Shown here: positions 36,041 through 44,582 of the stretch, one piece after another
Layout of the letters: each line of letters begins with the position of its first letter
Position numbering within the stretch: position 1 is the first letter of the stretch
Assembly (NCBI GenBank): GCA_032128375.1
Contig: JAQBGU010000237.1
Coordinates: forward strand, 1-45,071
DNA length: 45,071 nucleotides
Direction: 5' to 3'
Source: Deltaproteobacteria bacterium
GTDB taxonomy: Bacteria > Myxococcota_A > UBA9160 > SMWR01
Program-made: the position numbers and the translations under genes
The notes under the pieces: model-generated
Told to the model about the DNA's origin: nothing
The model's input: only the letters and a program-made list of their open reading frames with translations
Database searches by the model: none

Positions 36041-37626
36041 TGGCCACGTCTTTCTGGGGCCGGGCGGGGCGTCGGCGAGGAGCCGCGGTGCTGTATTCGG
36101 GGCTGCTCGGGGCAGTCGTGGCAGCTGCGATCAGCGCGGTTCGCCTGCCCGTTCCACGCGTTCACGATGAATTCAGTCTGCTGCTCGCCGCTGACACCTT
36201 CGCGAGCGGCCGGTTGACCAACCCCACCCACCCACTTTGGCAGCATTTCGAGACCTTTCACGTCATCCACGAGCCAAGTTACGCATCCAAGTATCCACCC
36301 TTGCAGGGTGTCATGCTGGCGTTGGGGCAACTGGCTGGTCACCCGATCGTAGGCTCCTGGTTGGCGACTGGACTCGCGGTCGCAGCCTGTTGCTGGATGT
36401 TTCAGGGGTGGCTGCCGGGGCGGTGGGCGCTAGTTGGGGCGTGCGCGGTGGCGCTGCATCATGGCATCCAGTTCTACTGGGGGCAAAGCTACTGGGGAGG
36501 TGCCGTCCCGATGGCAGGTGGCGCGCTGCTGTACGGGGCATGGGGGCGGTTGAGACGTGGGCCCCGGCTGAACGCGGCATTGCTGATGGCGCTTTCGGTT
36601 GGAATCCTGGCCAATAGCCGACCGTTCGAAGGGATGGTCGCGTGCGTTCCGGTCGGCGCAGCGCTGCTGGTGCACTGGATCTCGGCGCGAAAGGCGAACG
36701 GTCGGGTCTGGTTTCGAGACGTGGTGGCGCCGGCTGCGATCGCGCTCGCGATCGTCGGATCTGCGATGGCCTACTACAACGACCGGGTGACCGGCGATGC
36801 GCTGCGCTTGCCCTATCAGGTCCACGAGGAGACCTACTCCGATACGCCGCTATTCGTCTGGCAGGATCCCCGACCCAAGCCGGTGTATCGGCATGCTGCG
36901 ATTCGCGATTTCTACGCAGATTGGGTTCACGGCTGGTACACCGATCAGAAGTCGACCGCTTCCGCAGCCGTGAACAGTGCAGCCCTTCTGCCGTTTTTCC
37001 TGTCGCCCTTTCTGGCCGTTACGATGGTGATGCTGCCGTGGATCGCCCGGTCTCCGAAGATGCGATTCGCGCTGGCGGCTGTGGGTATCGTCCTGGTCGC
37101 AACCCTGGCAATACCGTGGGAACCGCGCGCGCATTTCCTGGCGCCTGTCGGATCGCTGCTGTTCTTGTTGATGCTGCAGGGTCTCCGGCAGCTGTACCAG
37201 TCGCGTCGGGTCGGTCGGATGGTTGTGTGGGGCATCCTGGCGGGGCACGCCACGTTGTTCACTGTTGCGGCGCTTCGCTACCCGAATGTCGAACTACCGG
37301 CATGGTCGACCGCGCGCATGCGCATCTCCGAGCGACTCGAAGCCGAACCGGGAAAACAGCTGGTCCTGGTGCAATACGGCCGGGACCACAGCCCGCATGA
37401 AGAATGGGTCTGGAACGCTGCCGATATCGACGCCGCACAGGTGGTGTGGGCTCGGACGACCAGCGATGGTGCGACACAGCAGCTTCGAGCCTATTTCTCA
37501 GATCGCCGTACCTGGATACTGGACGCCGATGCGCGACCTGCCCCGCTACTCGAGCTGGCACCTCGCGCGCAGGATCACCCGTCCGCTCAGCCGTCGGCTC
37601 ACCCGCAGAATCGGTCCTGGCGTTGA
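36040..37626 (+). CDS. Polytopic membrane protein, probable GT-C fold glycosyltransferase
   Basis: Start re-assigned to GTG 36040 (1-nt overlap with the TAG); the ORF track extension to 34999 is a shadow over the TMTC gene. PRVHDEFS, FASGRLTNP, YASKYPP, SYWGG, NSRPFEG, YNDRVTGD..LPY, HEEWVWNAADID. Confidence 0.7.
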   Translation: MATSFWGRAGRRRGAAVLYSGLLGAVVAAAISAVRLPVPRVHDEFSLLLAADTFASGRLTNPTHPLWQHFETFHVIHEPSYASKYPPLQGVMLALGQLAGHPIVGSWLATGLAVAACCWMFQGWLPGRWALVGACAVALHHGIQFYWGQSYWGGAVPMAGGALLYGAWGRLRRGPRLNAALLMALSVGILANSRPFEGMVACVPVGAALLVHWISARKANGRVWFRDVVAPAAIALAIVGSAMAYYNDRVTGDALRLPYQVHEETYSDTPLFVWQDPRPKPVYRHAAIRDFYADWVHGWYTDQKSTASAAVNSAALLPFFLSPFLAVTMVMLPWIARSPKMRFALAAVGIVLVATLAIPWEPRAHFLAPVGSLLFLLMLQGLRQLYQSRRVGRMVVWGILAGHATLFTVAALRYPNVELPAWSTARMRISERLEAEPGKQLVLVQYGRDHSPHEEWVWNAADIDAAQVVWARTTSDGATQQLRAYFSDRRTWILDADARPAPLLELAPRAQDHPSAQPSAHPQNRSWR

Positions 37627-37785
37627 CGCTCATAGAGCAGATACCACGACTCCATGTATGGATCGCCCGCGAAGAGCCACCCTACTGATTTCCGTCATAG
37701 GCTGCGCAAGAATCGGGGTGAGATATTCTGGGAATGTCCCCCGATCGATGCTGAATAGGTTCGTTTCGTTGGGAGGGAGTAGGCA

Positions 37786-38439
37786 GTGCATCGGCGTCCG
37801 CTGATTCGTTTCTCGGATGCGCCACGGGCGACGTGCCGGTGGTGTGGGGAGGCGATCGTCTACCAGCAGGGGGCAAACCAGGGGAAGCCAGATCGGCGTA
37901 GACGCTGGCATTCCCAATGTGTCGACGCCTACAACGCTACGGATCCACGCGAACTCAGGCGGCGCGTCCGGCGCCGCGATCGCGGGCGATGCGCGGCATG
38001 TCGGCTCGATACCTACGCGCTGAAGCGCCGGATGAAGGGGCGCGGGATGTGGTCGAAGCTCTGCGAGAAGGGGTTCGTCCGGCGGCGCGCGTTGTGGGAA
38101 CTCGATCACATCGTTCCGCTGATCGATGGCGGCAGCCACGATCCGTCGAACCTTCAGACCCTGTGCGCGCCATGCCACCGCGAAAAGACCGCGCTCGAGA
38201 ATCGGCAACGGGCAAGCCGCAGAGCCAACCCAGTCGCGTTGGCCGAAACAGCCGACCTCGGTTTGGAACCGCGGCCAGTCGTCGAGCCCGCTTTTTCTGC
38301 ATCCGACGATTTCGATCGCGAACTCGCACGGCTACTGGCCCGAGTCGACGAAGCCAATGCCCGAATCGCGGCCACGCTGGACTCAGCGAAGGATCAAGCA
38401 AGCGAACGGCAGCCGCTGTCGACCGTCGACGGCGAGTAG
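37786..38439 (+). CDS. HNH endonuclease with N-terminal Zn-ribbon-like motif
   Basis: 217 aa, GGAGG RBS. CRWC...HSQC, RDRGRCAAC, WELDHIVPLIDGGSHDPSNLQTLCAPCHREKT. Confidence 0.88.
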   Translation: MHRRPLIRFSDAPRATCRWCGEAIVYQQGANQGKPDRRRRWHSQCVDAYNATDPRELRRRVRRRDRGRCAACRLDTYALKRRMKGRGMWSKLCEKGFVRRRALWELDHIVPLIDGGSHDPSNLQTLCAPCHREKTALENRQRASRRANPVALAETADLGLEPRPVVEPAFSASDDFDRELARLLARVDEANARIAATLDSAKDQASERQPLSTVDGE

Positions 38440-38487
38440 CTGGATCGCTCGTCAGAAGCCGCTCATCGGGGCCCGCTCGTTGCGCTG

Positions 38488-38784
38488 TCAGTCCACCAGG
38501 CGCTTGTTGGGAACCGTGTATCCGGCGTTGCCCAGCGCCTCGACTACGCTTTCGATCGTGACGTGTTCGTCGTCGAAAGACACTGTCAGCGTGTGTGCGT
38601 TCATGTCTGAGGTGACCGATTCCACGTGGTCGATCTTTTCGACGGCCGCACGGGCCGTCTTGGATGTGCCGCCTCAGACGACTCCGGGCGTATCCAGTAC
38701 GTAGGTGACCGATGCTGCAAGAGCACCGGTGGAAATTCCCAATCCGCCCACCAGGGCCATCATCACTAGCGCAAACTTTCTCAT
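38488..38784 (-). CDS. Exported MerP/CopZ-like heavy-metal-associated (HMA) domain protein with in-frame TGA; candidate selenoprotein (Sec37)
   Basis: GGGAG RBS and ATG 38784. Read-through translation: MRKFALVMMALVGGLGISTGALA-ASVTYVLDTPGVV(U)GGTSKTARAAVEKIDHVESVTSDMNAHTLTVSFDDEHVTIESVVEALGNAGYTVPNKRLVD*. TGA at 38676-38674 aligns with the first Cys of the HMA PGMxCxxC loop; V.FD and AGY match HMA proteins; SECIS-like hairpin follows. Confidence 0.85.
38641..38659 (-). promoter_or_regulatory. Candidate bacterial SECIS element
   Basis: mRNA: UGA + 14 nt + GACGGCC-CGUGC-GGCCGUC. Perfect 7-bp stem and 5-nt loop with G(U) at the 2nd/3rd loop positions; the loop starts after 21 nt downstream of UGA. 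Confidence 0.75.
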
Positions 38785-38944
38785 GGTCGGTTCTCCCAGA
38801 ACGTCAGTTTCCGATGGTAGCGACAATTTCGGCCCGAGCGCGCAGTCGATTCGTTCTCGGGTTGCGCACAACAGCCGATGCGGCAGGATCCCCCCTCGCT
38901 TCGAGCCACTTTTGCATTCCCCCTATGGATTACAGGAGACCTCC

Positions 38945-39535
38945 ATGTCCGAAAACGACCCCGCCATCGCTGCCATCGATACTTTTATCGCCAAACAAGG
39001 CATCGATAAGGGCAGCCGTGGCTGGAAGACGAACCTGAGCAAACCGCCCAAGGTGAAATTCGACCCGTCGGCTGGCTACTTCTGGAATATCTCGACCAAT
39101 GTCGGTGACATGAAGATCAAGCTCATGCCGGAGATTGCGCCGATGCATGTGTCGAGCACGATCTTTCTGGCGCGGCTCGGGTTCTACGACGATGTGATCT
39201 TCCATCGTGTCATCGACGGGTTCATGGCGCAGGGCGGTGACCCGATCGGTCGCGGCACGGGCGGACCGGGCTACGAGTACGCTGGCGAGTTTTCACCCAG
39301 CGCTCGCCACGACCGGCCGAACCTCCTCAGCATGGCGAACGCCGGTCCCGGCACGGATGGCAGCCAGTTCTTTCTGACCTTCGTCCCGACACCCCATCTC
39401 GACAACAACCACACCGTCTTCGGCGAGATCGTCGAAGGGTCCGAGACGATGGGCGAGCTCGAAAAGCGCGGCTCCAGCAGTGGGACGACGTCTGAGAAGC
39501 TGCTGATGACTTCGACGACGATCGGTGCCGAGTAG
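38945..39535 (+). CDS. Cyclophilin-type peptidyl-prolyl cis-trans isomerase
   Basis: Start re-assigned to ATG 38945 (AGGAG RBS). GFYDDVIFHRVIDGFMAQGGDPIGRGTGGPGY, LSMANAGPGTDGSQFFLT, HLDNNHTVFG. Confidence 0.95.
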   Translation: MSENDPAIAAIDTFIAKQGIDKGSRGWKTNLSKPPKVKFDPSAGYFWNISTNVGDMKIKLMPEIAPMHVSSTIFLARLGFYDDVIFHRVIDGFMAQGGDPIGRGTGGPGYEYAGEFSPSARHDRPNLLSMANAGPGTDGSQFFLTFVPTPHLDNNHTVFGEIVEGSETMGELEKRGSSSGTTSEKLLMTSTTIGAE

Positions 39536-39567
39536 CGCGCGTATCGCCTGACTGCGCACGACCGGTT

Positions 39568-41154
39568 TCACTGCATCAAGTTCAGTAAGACGAGCCCATA
39601 GGTTTCCGAGGCCACGGTTTTCATCGGGAAGCCGCGACGTACCATCTCCTCCAAGTTCCTGAATGACGTGCCGCTCCGATTCACCGGGTCGAGGCCGACC
39701 AACCACACCCGTTTTGCGCGGAGGCTGCGTAGCCGCCTGACGAGGGCCGTCATCTCTTCCGAACCGGTCGAATAAGGCAGCGCGACCCGTTCGAAATCGC
39801 GCTCGGCAGGGAGGTGGGCGAGCAGGGGCCACGCTGCGAACTCGCTGGTTTCGGCGCTGGCCGTGCCGTGGAGCACGGAGTCGAGTTCCACGAATCCGGT
39901 GCGATACAGGATGACGTCGCCTTCCCGGTAGCCCTCGGCGATCTTTGAAACCGCGCCTTCCCAATCCTGGTGGTAGAACCACCAGAAGGGGCCGCCACTG
40001 CGCTCGGCCTGCGGAACGAGCCGCAACGCGATGACCAGCGCGAGGAAGACGCCCACCGGAGCCAGCCGGTAGAGCGGGGCTCCGGCCGGCAGGCCCAGCA
40101 ACAACCCCGTGAGCAGAGCTACCGCTGGAACGACCATCACCAGATAGCGATCGTGATTGAGATGGATCCCCGCCAACGGGGCTGCGAATCCGATCACGAG
40201 TACCGGGATCGCGAACCAAAGCAGTGGGAGTGCCATATCGGCGCGCGCCGGAGGCTTGTCCAGGCGTCGGGCCAGCAGGCAAATCCCGACCGTCGCTGCC
40301 GCCGCCCCCAGTGGAATCGGGTCGAGCAAGTTCGAGGCCGTCTCGATTCCAGCCCAGAAGCTGCTTCTGGCCGGAGTCCAGTCGAGCGCCTCGCGGCGCG
40401 AAAAGAGGCTCCGGATCTGCAGGAGTCCGGGGATGGCCAGCACGCCCAGCGCCAGCGCATGTGCGATCCAGCGCCGCCAGGCTTGCGCGGTCTGCGGACG
40501 CCGCACCAGCAGGTGTGCGGCCTGTGCCAGCATCAGGATGCCGAACAGATAGTGGGCGTAGAAGGCGAGCATGCTGGCGACAACCGATGCTGCGTGATCG
40601 CCGACTCTGCCGCGATCGACGGCAGCCGCGTGGAAATAAAAAGAGGCCGCAGCCAGCAGCAACGCGAGCGCGTATGGCCTCGCTTCCTGGGAGTGGTGGA
40701 TCAGGTGCGGATTCACCGCGAATGCGGCGACGCACAGCAGCGAAATGTGGCGACCGCGAAACAGCCGAATCGCCAGTGGGTAGGCGAAAGCGAGCAGGCC
40801 AAGGTCTGCCAGCAGCGAAGGAAGCCGCAGCGAAGCGGTCCCCACGCCGAACACTTCTGTGCTGAGCCGAACCCAAAAATAATAGAGCGGCGACTGGCCG
40901 TGGATCGCGATCACCCGGTCCCAGCCATCGCGCCAAGTCTCTCCGGCGATGGCCCACCACGTACCGTACTCGTCGATCCAGAGTCCGTGGTCAGTGAGGC
41001 CGCTGATACGAAGCGCAGCCCCGCCCGCCAGCAGCGCCGTGAGCGCAGCGAGTTCGGGTCGGGTCCAGGATCCAGTATCCCCCGCACCGGATCGATCGCT
41101 CAACGCCACCAGTCCAACGTCACCCTCTTCGTCGCATTTCATCGCCAATGTCAT
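39568..41154 (-). CDS. GT-C fold glycosyltransferase (ArnT/PMT-2-like)
   Basis: 528 aa. LRISGL...LWIDEY, QSPLYY, LRLPS, HSQEARPYAL, YAHY, DRYL; soluble C-terminus. Confidence 0.82.
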   Translation of the reverse strand: MTLAMKCDEEGDVGLVALSDRSGAGDTGSWTRPELAALTALLAGGAALRISGLTDHGLWIDEYGTWWAIAGETWRDGWDRVIAIHGQSPLYYFWVRLSTEVFGVGTASLRLPSLLADLGLLAFAYPLAIRLFRGRHISLLCVAAFAVNPHLIHHSQEARPYALALLLAAASFYFHAAAVDRGRVGDHAASVVASMLAFYAHYLFGILMLAQAAHLLVRRPQTAQAWRRWIAHALALGVLAIPGLLQIRSLFSRREALDWTPARSSFWAGIETASNLLDPIPLGAAAATVGICLLARRLDKPPARADMALPLLWFAIPVLVIGFAAPLAGIHLNHDRYLVMVVPAVALLTGLLLGLPAGAPLYRLAPVGVFLALVIALRLVPQAERSGGPFWWFYHQDWEGAVSKIAEGYREGDVILYRTGFVELDSVLHGTASAETSEFAAWPLLAHLPAERDFERVALPYSTGSEEMTALVRRLRSLRAKRVWLVGLDPVNRSGTSFRNLEEMVRRGFPMKTVASETYGLVLLNLMQ

Positions 41155-41414
41155 CGAATTATCACATCGATGAAACGAAAATGGTTCATCTTAGATCCGT
41201 TCGAAATACGGTAGCTTGAACTCGACAGCCAGTTTCGTGGTAAAGATCAGTCGGTTGGATCGCCGACACAGCAGGCGACACATCTGCATTCCGGCCGAAT
41301 CCTCCGGCGCCCGTGCAATCGGACAGGCGGTCGAGACAAGACACTCAACCGAGACGCTCGACCGAAAAAAAGCCAATCGGAACAGGCAAACAAGATCCCC
41401 ACAAGGAGACGAAA

Positions 41415-43985
41415 ATGCTCCAGAAATACCGAATCCACGCCGCCGAACGCGCAGCGCTGGGGATCCCGCCGCTGCCGCTCGACACCGAGCAGACCCAGCA
41501 GCTCATTGAACTGATTCAGGCTCCGCCGCCGGGCGAGGAAGAGTTCCTGGTCGCTCTACTCACCGACCGGGTTCCGGCTGGGGTCGACCCGGCCTCGCAC
41601 GTCAAGGCAGGACTGCTAGCGGCCGTCGCGAAGGGCGTGATCGAAACGCCGCTGATCAGTGCAGAGCGCGCGGTCGAGTTGCTCGGCACGATGCTCGGGG
41701 GATTCAACGTCGCCCCGCTGATCGAATTGCTCGACCACGAAACGCTGGGCGCGCTGGCCGCGGATCAGCTGAAGCACACGTTGCTGGTGTTCGACGCGTT
41801 CGATCCGGTGGCAGAACTCGCCGATGCCGGAAACGCAAACGCGAAGGGGGTGCTGGAATCCTGGGCCGATGCCGAGTGGTTCACCTCGCGCGACAAGCTG
41901 GCCGAGAAAATCACGCTGACAGTCTTCATGGTCACCGGAGAGACCAACACAGACGATCTCTCACCCGCCACAGACGCCTTCTCGCGCCCCGATATCCCGC
42001 TGCACTCGCTGAGCATGTTGAAGAACGAACGCGCGGGCATCCACGATGCGATCGGGCAGATCGCAAAGCTGCGCGAACTGGGCCATCCGATCGCGTACGT
42101 CGGCGATGTCGTCGGCACCGGATCGAGCCGGAAGTCGGCTACCAACTCGGTGTTGTGGCACCTGGGTGACGATATTCCGCATGTGCCGAACAAACGCGCG
42201 GGTGGTTTCGTGATCGGCGGAAAAATCGCACCGATCTTCTTCAATACACTCGAAGATTCGGGCGCGCTGCCGGTCGAATGCGACGTGTCAAAAATGGCAA
42301 TGGGCGACGTCATCACGCTCTACCCCTACGAGGGCCGTGTCGAGAATGCCGCGGGCCAAACCATCGCGACGTACGAAATGAAAACGGACGTATTGCTCGA
42401 CGAAGTGCAGGCTGGTGGTCGGATCCCGTTGATCATCGGCCGTCGCCTGACGGCGCGAGCCTGCACGTCGCTCGGGCGGCGCCCGAGCGACGCGTTCCGA
42501 CAGGTCGCGCTGGGGACCGAGACCGCAAAGGGATACACGCTCGCCCAGAAGATGGTCGGCCGCGCGTGTGGCCTGCCCGGCGTGCGACCTGGAGCGTACT
42601 GTGAACCGAAAATGTCGACGGTCGGCTCACAGGACACGACCGGCCCGATGACGCGCGACGAACTGAAGGAACTCGCGTGCCTGTCGTTCCAAGCCGACCT
42701 CGTCATGCAGTCGTTCTGCCATACGGCCGCATACCCCAAGCCCGTCGATATCGAGACCCACCACACGTTGCCGGATTTCTTCCAGATCCGACGCGGCATC
42801 GCGTTGCGGCCGGGAGACGGGATCATTCATTCTTGGATGAATCGGATGCTGCTGCCGGACGAGGTGGGAACCGGAGCGGATTCGCACACGCGATTCCCGC
42901 TCGGGATTTCGTTCCCGGCCGGTTCTGGATTGGTGGCGTTCGCGGCGGCGCTCGGAACGATGCCGCTCGATATGCCAGAGTCGGTTCTGGTTCGCTTTAC
43001 CGGGGAGTTGCAGCCTGGAATGACGCTGCGGGACATGGTCAACGCCATTCCGTACGCGGCCATCGGGACGGGTGACCTCACGGTCGCCAAAGAGGGAAAG
43101 AAAAACATCTTCTCCGGTCGGATCATCGAAATCGAGGGCCTCGGTCAGCTGAAGGTCGAGCAGGCTTTCGAGCTATCGGACGCGACGGCAGAACGCTCGG
43201 CCGCCGGCTGTACGATCCTGTTGGACAAAGAGCCGGTCATCGAATACCTGAAGTCGAATGTCGTGATGCTGCGCTGGATGATTGCCAACGGTTACAAGGA
43301 GGTGGAGACCATCGAGCGGCGCGCCAAGGCGATGGAGGCCTGGCTCGAAAACCCGGAGCTGCTCGCTCCGGACCCGGACGCAGAGTATTTCAAGGTCATC
43401 GAGATCGACATGAGCCAGCTCGAGGAACCGCTACTGGCTTGTCCAAACGACCCGGATGATGTCAAGCCGCTGTCGGAAGTGGCGGGGACGCATGTAGACG
43501 AGGTCTTCCTCGGCTCGTGCATGACGAACATCGGTCACTTTCGCGCGGCAGGCCGCCTGCTGCAAGAGCACGGCGCGGCACTCGAAACACGCATGTGGGT
43601 CGTTCCTCCGACCAAGATGGACGCAGCACAGCTGCGCGAGGAGGGCTACTACAGCTACTACGCGATTGCCGGCGCCCGCACCGAGACCCCGGGTTGTTCA
43701 TTGTGCATGGGCAACCAGGCTCGAGTCCTTGCAGGCGCGACGGTGGTGTCTACTTCGACCCGCAATTTTCCGAACCGCCTCGGCAAGGGCGCCAACGTGT
43801 TCCTGTGTTCGGCTGAGCTCGCCGCCGTGACGGCAATCCTGGGTAAGCTCCCGACGACCGAGGAATACATGAAGTACGCTCACCGGATCGACGAGATGGG
43901 CTCTGACTTGTACCGCTACCTGAACTTCGACGAACTACCGGAGTACACAAACGCAGCCGCGGAGGCACTGACGATCATTCAGTGA
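41415..43985 (+). CDS. acnB: Aconitate hydratase B (bifunctional aconitase/2-methylisocitrate dehydratase)
   Basis: Start re-assigned to ATG 41415 (AAGGAG RBS). GETNTDDLSPA, GTGSSRKSATNS, VGSQDTTGPMTRDEL, QSFCHT, DSHTRFP, Fe-S ligands in LACPND and PGCSLCMGNQAR, plus GSCMTN and STSTRNF. Confidence 0.97.
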   Translation: MLQKYRIHAAERAALGIPPLPLDTEQTQQLIELIQAPPPGEEEFLVALLTDRVPAGVDPASHVKAGLLAAVAKGVIETPLISAERAVELLGTMLGGFNVAPLIELLDHETLGALAADQLKHTLLVFDAFDPVAELADAGNANAKGVLESWADAEWFTSRDKLAEKITLTVFMVTGETNTDDLSPATDAFSRPDIPLHSLSMLKNERAGIHDAIGQIAKLRELGHPIAYVGDVVGTGSSRKSATNSVLWHLGDDIPHVPNKRAGGFVIGGKIAPIFFNTLEDSGALPVECDVSKMAMGDVITLYPYEGRVENAAGQTIATYEMKTDVLLDEVQAGGRIPLIIGRRLTARACTSLGRRPSDAFRQVALGTETAKGYTLAQKMVGRACGLPGVRPGAYCEPKMSTVGSQDTTGPMTRDELKELACLSFQADLVMQSFCHTAAYPKPVDIETHHTLPDFFQIRRGIALRPGDGIIHSWMNRMLLPDEVGTGADSHTRFPLGISFPAGSGLVAFAAALGTMPLDMPESVLVRFTGELQPGMTLRDMVNAIPYAAIGTGDLTVAKEGKKNIFSGRIIEIEGLGQLKVEQAFELSDATAERSAAGCTILLDKEPVIEYLKSNVVMLRWMIANGYKEVETIERRAKAMEAWLENPELLAPDPDAEYFKVIEIDMSQLEEPLLACPNDPDDVKPLSEVAGTHVDEVFLGSCMTNIGHFRAAGRLLQEHGAALETRMWVVPPTKMDAAQLREEGYYSYYAIAGARTETPGCSLCMGNQARVLAGATVVSTSTRNFPNRLGKGANVFLCSAELAAVTAILGKLPTTEEYMKYAHRIDEMGSDLYRYLNFDELPEYTNAAAEALTIIQ

Positions 43986-44048
43986 CTCGTTCGGCGATCC
44001 AGGCTCGGGCGACATTCAGCCGCGGCCTCGGATCACCCGCGTAGTCGG

Positions 44049-44075
44049 TAGTTGATTTAGTTGATGAAGTTGATG
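44049..44075. repeat. 9-bp-period direct repeat, core AGTTGAT x3, intergenic
   Basis: tagttgatt tagttgatg aagttgatg; AT-rich relative to its surroundings. Confidence 0.7.
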
Positions 44076-44130
44076 GCCGCTGCGTGCATACAGTTCCGGT
44101 GTTGTGCTTTCGCCGACCAGGAGCGTTCGA

Positions 44131-44538
44131 ATGGCCCCTCGCAAACCACCGGGTGTCACCTTCGAGACCTTCATCGAAGCCCAGATTCGTCGCGCCCAAG
44201 AAGCGGGCGATTTCGATCACCTTCCCGGGGAAGGAAAGCCGCTCGGCAAAGCCGGCCATCGCTACGACCCCGACTGGTGGGCGAAGCAACTGGTCAATCG
44301 AGAGAAGTTGTCGATCCTGCCGGCGTCGCTCGAGATTCGCCGCGAGGTCGAGAAGGGCCTGGCCACGCTGGCCAAGCTGCGTAACGAGCAGGAAGTTCGC
44401 GACAGAATCCGTGAACTGAACGCGAAGATTCTCAAGATCAATTCTCAGGCCAGCGTCGGACCGCCGTCGACCCAACCGCTTCTCGACGAGGAGGCCGAGG
44501 TCGAGCGCTGGCGACAGGCAAAAGACGGGCTCCGCTGA
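44131..44538 (+). CDS. DUF1992-like (DnaJC28 conserved domain) protein
   Basis: Start re-assigned to ATG 44131 (AGGAG RBS). FETFIEAQIRRAQEAGDFDHLPGEGKPL...PDWW...EKLSILP. Confidence 0.85.
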   Translation: MAPRKPPGVTFETFIEAQIRRAQEAGDFDHLPGEGKPLGKAGHRYDPDWWAKQLVNREKLSILPASLEIRREVEKGLATLAKLRNEQEVRDRIRELNAKILKINSQASVGPPSTQPLLDEEAEVERWRQAKDGLR

Positions 44539-44582
44539 AGTCGCTCCGGCACACAGTGATGCGTTCGAATCGAAAACCGTCC

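Noticed and set aside
37745..37775. Possible LexA/SOS box upstream of the HNH gene (ctgaataggttcgtttcg)
   Set aside because: Does not fit the GAAC-N4-GTTC, CTGT-N8-ACAG or GTTC-N7-GTTC patterns well enough.
38674..38871. 65-aa ORF taken as a complete small peptide or as a nonsense pseudogene
   Set aside because: The frame continues past the TGA into a full HMA domain with a SECIS-like hairpin, and the RBS supports ATG 38784; recoding explains it better.
39293..41214. Long overlapping ORFs 39293-40960 (-) and 39970-41214 (+), and many similar 150-400 aa ORFs across the window
   Set aside because: Low-complexity Arg/Ala/Pro-rich translations overlapping well-supported genes, as expected in GC-rich DNA; no family motifs.
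41328..41371. Hairpin plus A-tract as an intrinsic terminator
   Set aside because: The tract is on the wrong side: neither strand gives a hairpin followed by a U-run.
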